From the NCBI GenBank assembly GCA_038087875.1, contig JAXLNO010001914.1, positions 1-64,000 of the forward strand: DNA of 64,000 nt. Direction: 5' to 3'. A program made the position numbers and the translations under genes. Origin of the DNA: Malacoraja senta. Its lineage: Eukaryota. Numbering within the stretch: position 1 is the stretch's first letter; the number at the start of each line of letters is the position of its first letter. This document shows, piece after piece, positions 51,946 through 64,000 of the stretch. Below the pieces are notes generated by a model. The model was given only the letters and a program-made list of their open reading frames with translations, did no database searches and was not told the DNA's origin.

Positions 51946-52671
51946 ATTCCACCTTTGGAAGATTATAAATGGTGTAAAAAGTAGTAACATTATTAAAATT
52001 ATGAGGGAGCAAAAATAATTTGGGAAATATCAAAGAGAGTCCTACAAGTCCTTGAATTAAAGTAGAAGTTGAGAAAGGCAGCATACATTTACATGGGCAT
52101 TTTCATTATAATTGTGAGTATTGAATATTAAAAAACTGCACATAAATTTGATCAAAACTTTCAAAAGGAATTGTGCTGGAGTACGATGTTTTAATAACAT
52201 CATGGAAATATGCCCGCTATTTAGGTAGATTCTACACTGAAATTTTTTTAACAGCTTGTCCAATGAGCAAATACAGTACTGGTACCATATTCAGGGGGGG
52301 CAGAAGTTAAAAGCTTCAAATTTCAGTCTGTGATGAGTTAGATGTTAGTTAACAACTGCAATCAATGTGCATACGTGTGCGTATTGTATATATACGCACA
52401 TGGTTTATGGAAACCATCATCCAAGATTTCTGCAAATGCAAAATGTCAGTTTCCTTATATCGACTTAAAATGAAGAAGGGACATAGAGGGAAATTTGAGA
52501 GCGTTCTAGACATGGAGAATATTAACCAGGAGGCACATACGGCGATTTTGAACCTTCAGAAATTGTCCATGTCAAGCACTTATAGATACATAGAAAATAG
52601 GTGCAGGAGTAGTCCATTCGGCCCTTCGAGCCTGCACCGCCATTCAATATGATCATGGCTGATCATCCAAC

Positions 52672-55480
52672 TCAGTATCCCGTACCTGCCTTCTCTCCAT
52701 ACCCCCTGATCCCTTTAGCCACATGGGCCACATCTAACTCCCTCTTAAATATAGCCAATGAACTGGCCTCAACTACCCTCTGTGTCAGAGAGTTCCAGAG
52801 ATTCACCACTCTCTGTGTGAAAAAGTTTTTTCTCATCTCGGTCTTAAAGGATTTCCCCCTTATCCTTAAGCTGTGACCCCTTGTCCTGGACTTCCCCAAC
52901 ATCGGGAACAATCTTCCTGCATCTAGCCTGTCCAACCCCATAAGAATTTTGTACGTTTCTACAAGATCCCCTCTCAATCTCCTAAATTCTAGCGAGTATA
53001 AGCCAAGTCTATCCAGTCTTTCTTCATATGAAAGTCCTGACATCCCAGGAATCAGTCTGGTGAACATTCTCTGCACTCCCTCTATGGCTATAATGTCCTT
53101 CCTCAGATTTGGAGACCAAAACTGTACGCAATACTCCAGGTGTGGTCTCACCAAGACCCTGTACAACTGCAGTAGAACCTCCCTGCTCCTATACTCAAAT
53201 CCTTTTGCTATGAAAGCTAACATATCATTCGCTTTCTTCACTGCCTGCTGCACCTGCATGCCTACTTTCAATGACTGGTGCACCATGACACCCAGGTCTC
53301 GCTGCATCTCCCCTTTTCCTAATCGGCCACCATTTAGATAATAGTCTGCTTTCCTGTTTTTGCCACCAAAGTGGATAACCTCACATTTATCCACATTATA
53401 CTGCATCTGCCAAACATTTGCCCACTCACCCAGCCTATCCAAGTCACCTTGCAGTCTCCTAGCATGCTCCTCACAGCTAACACTGCCCCCCAGCTTAGTG
53501 TCATCCGCAAACTTGGAGATGTTGCCTTCAATTCCCTCATCGAGTTCATTAATATAAATTGTAAATAGCTGGGGTCCCAGCACTGAGCCTTGCGGTATCC
53601 CACTAGTCACTGCCTGCCATTGTGAAAAGGACCCGTTTACTCCTACTCTTTGCTTCCTGTTTGCCAGCCAGTTCTCTATCCACATCAATACTGAACCCCC
53701 AATACCGTGCGCTTTAAGTTTCTATACTAATCTCTTATGTGGGACCTTGTCGAAAGCCTTCTGAAAGTCCAGATACAACACATCCATTGGTTCTCCCCTA
53801 TCCACTCTACTAGTTACATCCTCGAAAAATTCTATAAGATTCGTCAGACATGATTTACCTTTCGTAAATCCATGCTGACTTTGTCCAATGATTTCACCAC
53901 TTTCCAAATGTGCTGCTATCCCATCTTTAATAACTGACTCTAGCAGTTTCCCCACTACCGATGTTAGACTAACTGTTCTGTAATTCCCCGTTTTCTCTCT
54001 CCCTCCCTTCTTAAAAAGTGGGGTTATGTTTGCTACCCTCCAATCCTCAGGAACTACTCCAGAATTTAAAGAGTTTTGAAAAATTATCACTAATGCATCC
54101 ACTATTTCTGGAGCTACTTCCTTAAGTAATCTGGGATGCAGCCTATCTGGCCCTGGTGATTTATCGCCCTTTAATCCATTCAATTTACCCAACGCCACTT
54201 CCCGACTAACCTGGATTTCACTCAGTTCCTCCATCTCCTTTGACCCGCGGTCCCCTGCTATTTCCGGCAGATTATTTATGTCTTCCTCAGTGAAGACGGA
54301 ACCAAAGTAGTTATTCAATTGGTCCGCCATATCCTTGTTCCCCATGATCAATTCACCTGTTTCTGACTGCAAGGGACCTACATTTGTTTTAACTAATCTC
54401 TTTCTCTTCACATATCTATAAAAACTTTTGCAGTCTGTTTTTATGTTCCCTGCCAGTTTTCTTTCATAATCTATTTTCCCTTTCCTAATTAAGCCCTTTG
54501 TCCTCCTCTGCTGGTCTCTGAATTTCTCCCAGTCCTCTGGTATGCTGCTTTTTCTGGCTAATTTGTACGCATCATCTTTTGCTTTGATACTATTCCTGAT
54601 TTCCCTTGTTATCCACGGATGCACTACCTTCCCTGATTTATTCTTTTGCCAAACTGGGATGAACAATTTTTGTAGTTCATCCATGCAGTCTTTAAATGCC
54701 TTCCATTGCATATCCACCGTCAACCCTTTTAGAACTAATTGCCAGTCAATCTTGGCCAATTCACGTCTCATACCCTCAAAGTTACCTTTCTTTAAGTTCA
54801 GAACCGTTGTTTCTGAATTAACAATGTCACTCTCCATCCTAATGAAGAACTCAACCATATTATGGTCACTCTTGCCCAAGGGGGCACGCACAACAAGACT
54901 GCTAACTAACCCTTCCTCATTACTCAATACCCAGTCTAGAATAGCCTGCTCTCTCGTTGGTTCCTCTACATGTTGGTTTAGATAACTATCCCGCATACAT
55001 TCCAAGAAATCCTCTTCCTCAGCACCCCTGCCAATTTGATTCACCCAATCTATATGTATATTGAAGTCACCCATTATAACTGTTTTGCCTTTGTTGCACG
55101 CATTTCTAATTTCCTGTTTGATGCCATCCCCAAGTTCACTACTACTGCTAGGTGGCCTGTACACAACACCCACCAGCGTTTTCTGCCCCTTAGTGTTTCG
55201 CAGCTCTACCCATACCGATTCCACATCCTCCAAGCTAATGTCCTTCCTTTCCACTGCGTTAATCTCCTCTCTAACCAGCAACGCTACCCCACCTCCTTTT
55301 CCTTTCTCTCTATCCCTCCTGAATATTCAATATCCCTGGATGTTCAGCTCCCAGCCTTGGTCACCCTGGAGCCATGTCTCTGTGATCCCAACTATATCAT
55401 AATCATTAATAGCTATCTGCACGTTCAACTCATCCACCTTATTACGAATGCTCCTTGCATTGATACACAAAGCCTTCAGG
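52672..55480 (-). pseudogene. CR1 ORF2 (AP endonuclease plus reverse transcriptase), interrupted by two in-frame stops (55327-55329 and 53722-53724)
   Basis: Motifs: INARSI, GITETWL, MGDFN, SDHN, KSPGPD, YLDFQKAFDKVPH, PQGSVLGP, KFADD. ORFs 55327, 53722 and 52672 share one reading frame. Confidence 0.95.
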
Positions 55481-55787
55481 CTTGTTTTTACAATGCTCTT
55501 ACCCCTTATACAATTATGTTGAAAAGTGGCCCTTTTTGATTTTTGTCCTGGATTTGTCTGCCTGCCACTTTTACTTTTCACCTTGCTACCTATTGCTTCC
55601 GCCCGCATTTTACACCCCTCTGTTTCTCTGCTCACCCATTTAAGAACCCCACCACCTCTTATTCTCGGTTTATTATTGTTTTCTTCTTTCCCCCCTACAT
55701 GTTGGGTCTGAGTGCTTTCCTTCTCTGCCTCCTGCCTCACACACTGTCTAATAGCTTTCTCTATTTGAGTCCCTCCCCCCAACCATT

Positions 55788-56500
55788 CTAGTTTAAAGTC
55801 TCCCCAGTAGCCTTTGCAGATCTCCCCGCCAGGATATCGGTCCCCCTCAGGTTCAAGTGCAACCCATCCTTTTTGTACAGGTCGCACCTTCCACAAAACA
55901 GGTCCCAATGATCCAGATATTTGAATCCCTGCCCTCTGCACCAGTCCTTCAGCCACGCATTTATCCTCCACCTCGCTCCATTCCTACTCTCACTGTCGCG
56001 TGGCACAGGCAGTAATCCTTTGTTACCTTTGCTGTCCTTCTCTTTAACTCCCCTCCTAACTCCCTAAATTCTCCTTTCAGGACCTCTTCTCTTTTTTTAC
56101 CTATGTCATTGGTACCTATATGTACCACGACCTCGGGCTCCTCTCCCTGCCCTTTCAGGATATCTTGGACACGTTGAGACACATCACAGACCCTGGCACC
56201 AGGGAGGCAAACTACCATCCGGGTCTCCCGACTGCGTCCACAGAATCGCCTGTCTGACCCCCTAACTATAGAGTCCCCTATTAGTATTGCCCTCCTCTTC
56301 TTTTCCTTACCCTTCTGAGCAACAGGACCGGTCTCTGTACCGGAGGCCCGGCTGCTGTCGCTACCCCCAGGTAGGCTGTCCCCCCCAACAGTGCCCCCCA
56401 GGTAGGCTGTCCCCCCCAACAGTGCTCAAACAGGAGTACTTATTGTCAAGGTGTACAGCCACCGGGGTACCCTCTAGTCCCTGCCTGTGCCCCTTGCCTC
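55788..56500 (-). pseudogene. CR1 ORF1 C-terminal SGNH/GDSL esterase domain, frameshifted and 5'-truncated
   Basis: Blocks IGDS, LPGA, HIGTND (ORF 55961..56419) and DGLH (ORF 55788..56006); 31-bp tandem duplication at 56364-56425. Confidence 0.9.
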
Positions 56501-56503
56501 TAT

Positions 56504-56564
56504 CAACCGTGATCCACTTGCCTGCCTCCTGTGGTCTTAGAGGCAGGCAAGTGGATCACGGTTG
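56504..56564. repeat. Perfect 25-bp inverted repeat with an 11-nt loop at the CR1 5' junction
   Basis: caaccgtgatccacttgcctgcctc-ctgtggtctta-gaggcaggcaagtggatcacggttg. Confidence 0.95.
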
Positions 56565-56589
56565 GGAGAGGCACAGTTGTGCCTTTCCT

Positions 56590-56724
56590 AGTCTGAAGAA
56601 GGGTCTCGACACAAAACATCACCCATTCCTTCTCTCCAGAGATGCTGCCTGTCCCGCTGAGTTGCTCCAGCTTTTTGTGTCTATATTCAGTTTAAACCAG
56701 CATCTGCAGTTCCTTCCCACACAT
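56590..56724 (+). mobile_element. Short Penelope-terminal module starting at the hammerhead-like motif
   Basis: agtCTGAAGAagggtctcgacacaaaacatc...gttccttcccacaca; TSD-like tgcctttcct (56580-56589) / tgcctctcct (56725-56734). Confidence 0.85.
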
Positions 56725-59169
56725 TGCCTCTCCTGGTACTGTTTTTAGGACCATCATTTGGAAATAGAAGTCTCTCTGCTATAATGGACAGTGAGTACCA
56801 ATAGACAAGACTATACTGGCCGCTTAAAGACATGGAAATGCTATTATTTACTCAGCTGAGAAAGGAAATAATGTTGTGCCATCTTAACAAATTTTTAGTT
56901 GAAATATAAAGATGCTTTAAATCTCATCTTGTGGGGGTGATTACAATATTGTAATAGTATTCATTTAATGAACATCAGTGGATAGACTTGAAATTGCGCA
57001 ACCTGATGGGAGGATGAGCAAGCATCTATTAAAATAGCTATTTCAATAAGATATCCTTGAGTATGTAATTTGAATGGGAAAGGCAGCATCATAAGCACCA
57101 CTCTTTGTGCTTTAAATCTTTAACTTATTTGAACTTATAAAAGTACGTACTTCAGTCTTATTAATGGATTCAGCATAAAAAATACGCGATGTCAATAATT
57201 AAAAGCATTTATGTGCTTTTGAAGTTCTCAATTTAGATTCCACAAAGCTATTGTATTATTTAGGCCTTATTATCCCGGAGACTTGATTTTTAAGGCCATA
57301 TGTGCTATAGTAAAGAAACTAAGTGGTATTTTGTTAACTTTAGTTCATCTACAACAGGAATGATAGCTGACGTTCATGCACAACCAAAGCATGGAAAAAC
57401 CTTGCTCAATTTACTTAAACTAACAGACACTTACAATTCAATGTGGCTGGCATTGCTTCCTTGTAGATATTTGAATTTGCTTTCACTGTTTTACAGTTTC
57501 TCAAGTAATCCGAAAAGCAGCTTTCCAAGTTCTGTCCAGGCCTTCTGCACACAAGCCATCAAAATATATACCATCCTACTTTTTTTTTAAATTGTTTGTC
57601 CAAAATATTTCTGAACATATTACAGCTTTTGAACCCTAGCCAACCAAGAGCCTCCAATGGGAACAGTCATCTTGGACGAATCAGCATTCCAGGAAACTGT
57701 GTTGAGCTCCATATTGAGGGATAGATTTGAAAATAACTGTGGGGGGCAGAAGTCTGCCTCTCATATACTGATTAAGCTTGACATGCATTGAGAATGGTTT
57801 TTAAAACCTTCACATATGTTATAGGTTGTCCTGTCTTATAAATGTTGCACTCAACTGACACCAATACGGCAGTGAGTTGTATAATCTCAATTAAAACACC
57901 CCTGTTGCCATCCAGAGTCAAAATATAAACAATGTCTAATAAGTATATTGAATAAGTGAAATGGAGTGCATAAAGAGCACATCAGTTAAATTAAGGCAAT
58001 CTAAGATGTACAAATCAGAGACATTTCCTCACGTTCTTAGAACTGTTGAGCATTGGTCCACGGAATGCAGTAATTAATAGAGATCAACCAACAAGTGAAT
58101 AAGTTTGGGGAATTATTATTTTTAAAGGTAAGCTGACCGTCATTCTGCTGATTCAGCTCAGGCTCAGCTTTTTACTAGCCTTTCCCCAGCATAACATTAG
58201 TTTATTAAACAACTAAAATATTTGTATGTAGAATACACTTCCAATTCACTCGTAGTTTATTGTGTAACTTCTTATAGCGTTTGCTGCCATTAAAGACATG
58301 AAACTATGGTCAGCATAGATATGTATTATTTATATAATTGGACAGGAATCATCCTATAAATCTGCAGGAAACCACAACCACAGAGTCAACCATTCATACA
58401 TTGGCTGCACTAGGAAACAGTCCAACTTTGGGTAATAAAAACATAAATTCTGGTTTTGCTCTTTTATCTGAAGCTTATTTTTGGTGGTTTGGTTGCCATT
58501 CCTCCCACTTAACTAATCTGTGCAAATAATTTGTTCAAGATATTCTTTGGCAGTGTTTTTGAATTAAAGGCGTCATTTTCATGTTCTTTGCTGATTCCTC
58601 AACATCACAACATGAAAATGCATTCTGTAACCTAGCGGGGTCATCTTGATAGATTAAATGGGCTCCAATATCCACAGTTTACTCTTTTGATTGCAACGAT
58701 GATTCTGATCTTCTTGCTATGAATCATGTCAAACTTTTTTTTAAATTGACCCATAGGAATACTGATGGAAGAACATGTTTAGCTTCTAACATTATACCAT
58801 GTAGAAGTTCCCCCATTTTATTTTAAAGATAATTAATTGTTCACTAATTTGCATAATTTCCTAAACTGCAGATTTTTTTTTAATGTTCGCCAGATATTAT
58901 TTCATTTTATTGTCAGATGTAAGTGACAATGCAACATTAATCAGGGAATTCTGTGGACAATATTATCCAACCAACAACTTAGAAAACTATTCAACTAATC
59001 TCATAGAACATTTTCTTACTTAATTTGTGCACTTATTTACTGAAACTATTAACAATAGTTTAGAATTTTGCTCATTATCTTTTAAGAACTGGCCACTGGA
59101 TTTTTTGCAATCAACACAACCTTAATGATATAAACAACGCCACGTGAATTCTCTTTACATTGTTCAGCA

Positions 59170-59720
59170 TCAGTTTTACATCTTTTGTTGCTCTCCCGCC
59201 AATATAATGCAACACCTCATACTTGTTCATTGTAAATTCCATCTGCCAATCCTTGGCCCACATCCCTGTTGATCTGGATCCTTTTGAATTCATAGATAAC
59301 CTTTTTCACAGTCCATTTTACCACCCACTTTGGTGTCGTCTGCAAACTTATTAACAAGATTATCATCCAAATCATTAATAATAAGGAATAACAAAGGACC
59401 CAGCACTGATCCCTGCAGCACACTGCTGTTCACAATCCTTCAATCTGAAAAAGAACCCTGCACTGCCACACTCCATTGGAGTCCTACACAAAGCCAATAT
59501 TGAATCCACTTGGCTACTGCATCCTAGATCCCATGTGATCTAACCCACTGGACCAGCCTTCCATGCAGGATCCTGTCAAAGGCCTTGCTAAAGTACGTTT
59601 GCCAGTGTCCCCTCATCATTCTCTTTCAATACGCCTTCAAAAATCAATCAAATTCATATGACATGATTTCCCATGCAGAAAACCACATTAACTGATCTCT
59701 AATCAGTCCTTGCCTATCAC
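59170..59720 (-). mobile_element. Old CR1 RT fragment
   Basis: Reverse complements of QGSVLGP (ggacccagcactgatccctgc), FADD (gtcgtctgcaaa) and WAKDWQMEF. Confidence 0.8.
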
Positions 59721-61444
59721 AATATCCTTCTGATTCTTTAATAAAAGCTAAATATTCTGGAGGATTTTATTTCCAACCTCAGTCATTTTACAAACATATC
59801 TCTTTAGTAGCTATTAGATCATATGCATTATTTCTAACTGAGAATATGACTCGATATAGTGGCAGATTATTATATCGTTCAAGGAATTGCTCCCTCTAGC
59901 CACCAGGAGAAAACATAGGGTGAGGAGAGTGTGTCGTTTTATGCATGGGAGCTCACCACTAGACTCTCGAAAGATAAATCTTCATAACAGTCTCTTGATT
60001 AATAGTTTCTTTATTGTCGAAGAAAAACAGTAAGATATTCATCCAACCTTCTTCTTGATAAGTACATTTTAACCTTAGTCAAACTCCGTATGTCTCCGCA
60101 TAGCTCCAGATGCCCACCACTGGGTGTATCTTTAGCGTTCTTCCTGAGATGGCTGTGCTTTATGCTTATCTACAACCTCATGGCAGAGTTTGCATAGTTG
60201 AACCAGATTAGATCGTACTTTCTTCGCGTTTTTATCTTATTCCATTAATTAGAAATTAATTAATCTATCTTATTGTGAATGCTGTATACATTCAGACAAA
60301 TAGTTGTTGATTTTGTCTATTTATCAATTTTCCCTCCCCTAATTCTAATTGGAGGGATAGACATATTTTTCAGTTTTTATCCCTTCCTGATAGACTCTAG
60401 CATTACTCATTTGCCACCTTAATTGCCACCTTATCCTTTCTTCTTAATTAGTTAAATTTCCCTTTACCATAACCCTTTTGCCCACTCATCTGCAGACATA
60501 GCAGCTCCCTCTTTCTCCAGAAATAAATGATGCCAATCAAAGGTTATTCAACATCTTTGTTACAAAATTCATCTCTTCCAATTTGCATTAAGGAAACGTC
60601 TAATTTAGTGACCTTTGACAGGATTGATGAAGATTACAAGGCTACAGTTTAATTGATAAAAAAATATCTCATTTTCGTGCAGAGCCCACAGATACACGTC
60701 TAAAATACCAAAGCACTCCTTCTGATTACCTATCTCCTCAATTATCCGTTCCTTTTGCAATGGTGCCTAGTTCCCATGTTTCTTAGACTGCAATTCCAAT
60801 GCAGAGACTAATCCCTAAATCTATTTTTTTTCACATTTCTTTTAATTTTATAAGATGCATATTATAATAACCATATCTTATATAAAAGTTATCTGCCATC
60901 GACTTGTAATCCAAATCAGTGCCAATTACCTGATTATGCTTTGTATAAGGTTAAAAACTACCTGTAAATTGTTTAAATGACTTAATTGACATCGGCAAAC
61001 AAACCACCTGTTGGATGCCAGACAACCTTTCATTACTTCTAACAATATAAAAGTTGATTTTGGAGAACAGGTGTGGAATTTTGACCTAGTTTCAATAATT
61101 CTAAGAGATAGTAGTCTCTGACACTTATATTTCATTAAAATTCATTCCATTCCCATATTGGTTGATTTAGAAAATTACCAAATGAATTACTGTGTCAGAA
61201 AAAATTGGATTGTGGTTAACCTGGGCAATCTTCTTTGTTTGGGCAGCCTGACAACATTAGAAGTGTGTTGACATTTCAGTCAGGAATGCCAATTTGAAGC
61301 AAGCACAAAGAAGCCACGTAAGTTACTGGGAATCTACAGTATTCTTCACCCGTATATGTCAAAGACTGAAGGTAGATTACTATGGCAAGAAATAGACTAA
61401 TACGGCAAGAGGGACCACCAGGTCATTGTCAAACAAAATGCAGA

Positions 61445-61900
61445 TTCATTCATTATTTAGGAGATTCAGTAAGTCGAAGAATACTCTCTCAAACATCTAT
61501 AGGAGTGCAGTAGAGAGCATATTGACTGGTTGCATCATGGTCTGGTTTGGCAACTCAAATGCCCAGGAACACGGACTACAAAAAGTGATGAAAACTGCCT
61601 GGTCCATCATGGGTACTGATCTCCCCATCATCGAAGGGATCTATCGGAGGCGCTGTCTCAAAAAGACAGCCAGCATCATCCAAGGACCCACACCGCCCTG
61701 GCCAAGGTTCTCATTTTTGAAATGCTATCAGGAAGAAGGTATAGGATACTGAAAACTGTAACATCCAGGTTCAAGAATAGCATCTTCCAAACAACCATCA
61801 GGCTATTGAACACTACCAACTCAAACTAAACTCCGAACAGCCTTGGTTACAAAAATGTAATTGCTCCGTTTGAGTACATATGACAATAGAACATTCTCGA
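61445..61900 (+). mobile_element. Rex1/Babar-type LINE 3' fragment
   Basis: TLSNIYRSAVESILTGCIMVWFGNSNAQ..LQKVMKTAWSIMGTDLPIIEGIYRRRCLKK. Confidence 0.75.
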
Positions 61901-62359
61901 TTCTCTTGCCAATACACATGTTCTTAAAGTTGGCAATTTTTAACTTGAATTCATAAAATGGTCATAATGTGTTATCTCACATTCCATTGTTCTCATTATC
62001 AGCGTTTCCTTAAGTCAGTTCTTTCTGCAATTTTATGTCTCGAGATCAAAGTTTTCAATCCAACCCTTAAACATTTTGTCCAGCAAAACTAATGTAACCA
62101 TTTATATTGATGATCGGTATTTTGTTATAATTTATGGAAAACTAAACAAGCCATTTACTTGTTTAATAGTCTGAAATTCAAAATAAAGACAATATCTTCA
62201 CTGTCTTCCTAATTATCTAAATTTTTTAATACTTTTTCAATACATTTAAACTAAAGAGTAGCTCCTTGGTTACTTAAACATTTATGCTTGCTTGCTAACA
62301 ATATTAAATACTGACAAATTTGGTCAACAACATCTTTATTGTCTTTAGCTGGACCATTT

Positions 62360-62910
62360 GAAAAGGTAATAAATGTTGGAAACAGTCAGCAAGTTGGGCA
62401 GCAACTGGGGATCAGGAAACAATTAATGTTTCAGCTCTCGGAGGATTCATCAGAACTGGAAAGTGAAAAAAACATGTTTGTTCGAATAGAAAATTAGGTA
62501 TGGGGATGAACATGAATCTGAAAAGGAAATATCTGTGAATAGAGTGAGAACTAATCAATTAGTGGGGAAGGCAGTCAAAGTAGTATTTAGGAGCACTTGT
62601 TTCTGTGTAATGTGCAAGGTTGTTTTTTTTGCATGCAGTTCAGTAAAAATCTTGCTCTGCAGTGGACTTAAGAGTGTAAGAACTGTAGATTGCATTGAAG
62701 CAATACACAAGAGTTGTCACGTTTCCAGCGCCTGTTGGACCCTTCGAGTTCAGAGTTGTTAAAAATGTTAGAGTCTTATCTTGGCCATAAAGACGGTGCT
62801 GTTTACAAAGTGTTGAGCCTTGTTGTTACAGTGCAGGAGGCTTCCAACAGAAAGGTCAAATTGGACATGGTATAGTAAATTAAACCGACAGGAAGCCCTG
62901 GATCACTCCT
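62360..62910 (-). mobile_element. Old PLE remnant
   Basis: Terminal motif gttggaaacagtcagcaagttgggcagca...ttcatcagaactgg, and a degenerate GIY-YIG C-terminal region at ~62810-62880. Confidence 0.5.
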
Positions 62911-63149
62911 ATCGACACCTTTCCTTAAAGAGCAAGGTTAACAGGGACTAGAGCAGGCCATTAATTTCAATAGTAAGCTTAAACATAGACAATCCTCTAA
63001 AAAAGCTACATGGATTCTACCCATTCTACAATTTTATTGGTGCCAGGAAATGTTTACAGTTTTCAATAAACCCAATTAAACAAAAAAGATTCAAACAAAG
63101 GCATTTTTTCTATTTTAGGAGGAAACGCTGTGCTGGTCTATGCAGATTT

Positions 63150-63670
63150 GGATATAAGGATGCATCACAGCCTGGTTTGCGAACATCTCCATTCAGGACT
63201 GCAATAAATTGCAGAGAGTTGCGAACGTAGCCCGGACCGTCATGCAATCCAACCTCCCTTTCACTGACTCCATCTACACTTCACGCTGCCTTGGGATGGT
63301 GACCAGCATCATCAAGGATCAGTCTCATCCCAGTCACTCCTTCTTTTCCACTCTCCCATTCGGCAAGAGGTACAGAAATTTGAAAACACATACCTTTCGA
63401 TTCCGCGACAGTTTCTTCCCAGCTGTTATCAAGCAACTGGGAAGAAATGGTCCTCTCATCAGCTCGAGTGCAGTCCTGACCCACCCTACCTCATTGGAGA
63501 CCTTTGATTTATCTTTAATCAGACTTTCCCTTGCATTAAATGTTGTACCCTTTATCCGTGCACTGTGGACGGCTTGATTGTAATGATGTATAGTCATTTA
63601 ATTTACTGGGTAGAACGCAAACAAAAGCTTTTCACTATACACATGACAATAATAAACTAGACTAAACTAG
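63150..63670 (+). mobile_element. Rex1/Babar-type LINE 3' fragment
   Basis: LQRVANVARTVMQSNLPFTDSIYTSRCLGMVTSIIKDQSHPSHSFFSTLPFGKRYRNLKTHTFRFRDSFFP; tail caataataaactagactaaactag. Confidence 0.8.
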
Positions 63671-64000
63671 ATGAGAAATAAAATAAAAATCACTATTTTT
63701 AACATGCATCATCAACACTGAGAATATATATATATTTAATTCCGGCTGTCCTTTGTAGAAAAGTGTTGGCTAAAATGCATCATTGTCGAATAAAGCTTCC
63801 AATGAATGATCCTTCCAATCATGAAAGAAAAACTTAAACGTATTGCAGTATTCCCAAGATAATACTGGAGAAGAATGAGGAAAGTAGTATTATCCTGATG
63901 TCGCCAGTTTGTCAGTTAAATAACTGCTGTCAGAATGTAACAATTGTACAGCAATATTCATGTCTTGAGACTAGGTAGGTACATTTTGCATTTATATTAC

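Larger units (their letters stand above)
52582..56539 (-). mobile_element. Young 5'-truncated CR1 LINE (HER1-like), ~4 kb
   Basis: Has an esterase ORF1, an APE+RT ORF2, a short 3' UTR with gggccgaatggact, and a tail (atagatacatagaaaatagg on the plus strand). Confidence 0.95.

Noticed and set aside
51678-52084. Poly-Pro (formin/WASP-like) and poly-Gly ORFs
   Set aside because: They are translations of the poly-C tract, with no splice context or flanking homology.
52949-55791. Several plus-strand ORFs of 65-167 aa
   Set aside because: They are antisense shadows of the CR1 ORF2 and its upstream spacer.
1-64000. Known conserved vertebrate miRNA or snoRNA genes
   Set aside because: I recognised no mature miRNA or convincing C/D or H/ACA structure by eye. 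An Rfam/miRBase search would be needed to exclude them.

Overview
This window is AT-rich, repeat-dense vertebrate non-coding DNA, intronic or intergenic. The repeat content (HE1/V-SINE-type tRNA SINEs, Deu-domain SINE relics, CR1 LINEs, Rex1/Babar fragments, Penelope-like elements) points to a cartilaginous fish, probably a skate or ray; this is an inference from recognised repeat families. I found no host protein-coding exon, tRNA, rRNA or miRNA I can support, and every ORF with recognisable homology is transposon-derived. The main elements are a decayed IR/DR Tc1 transposon (1-931), a young 5'-truncated CR1 LINE with SGNH-esterase ORF1 and APE-RT ORF2 (52582-56539), several Penelope-like elements (PLEs) with GIY-YIG endonuclease, PIF/Harbinger MITEs with TWA target-site duplications (TSDs), a Tigger-like MITE, and many SINE and LINE fragments. 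Four observations stand out. (i) Many ~100-190 bp PLE-terminal modules begin at a hammerhead-ribozyme-like motif and several have their own 10-15 bp TSDs, some as tail-out inverted twin arms. (ii) There are two apparent locally templated insertions, one starting just 3' of a G-quadruplex motif inside a nested MITE. (iii) A perfect 25-bp fold-back sits at the CR1 5' junction. (iv) A promoter-like motif cluster has inverted YY1 sites. Boundaries of old, decayed repeats are approximate.
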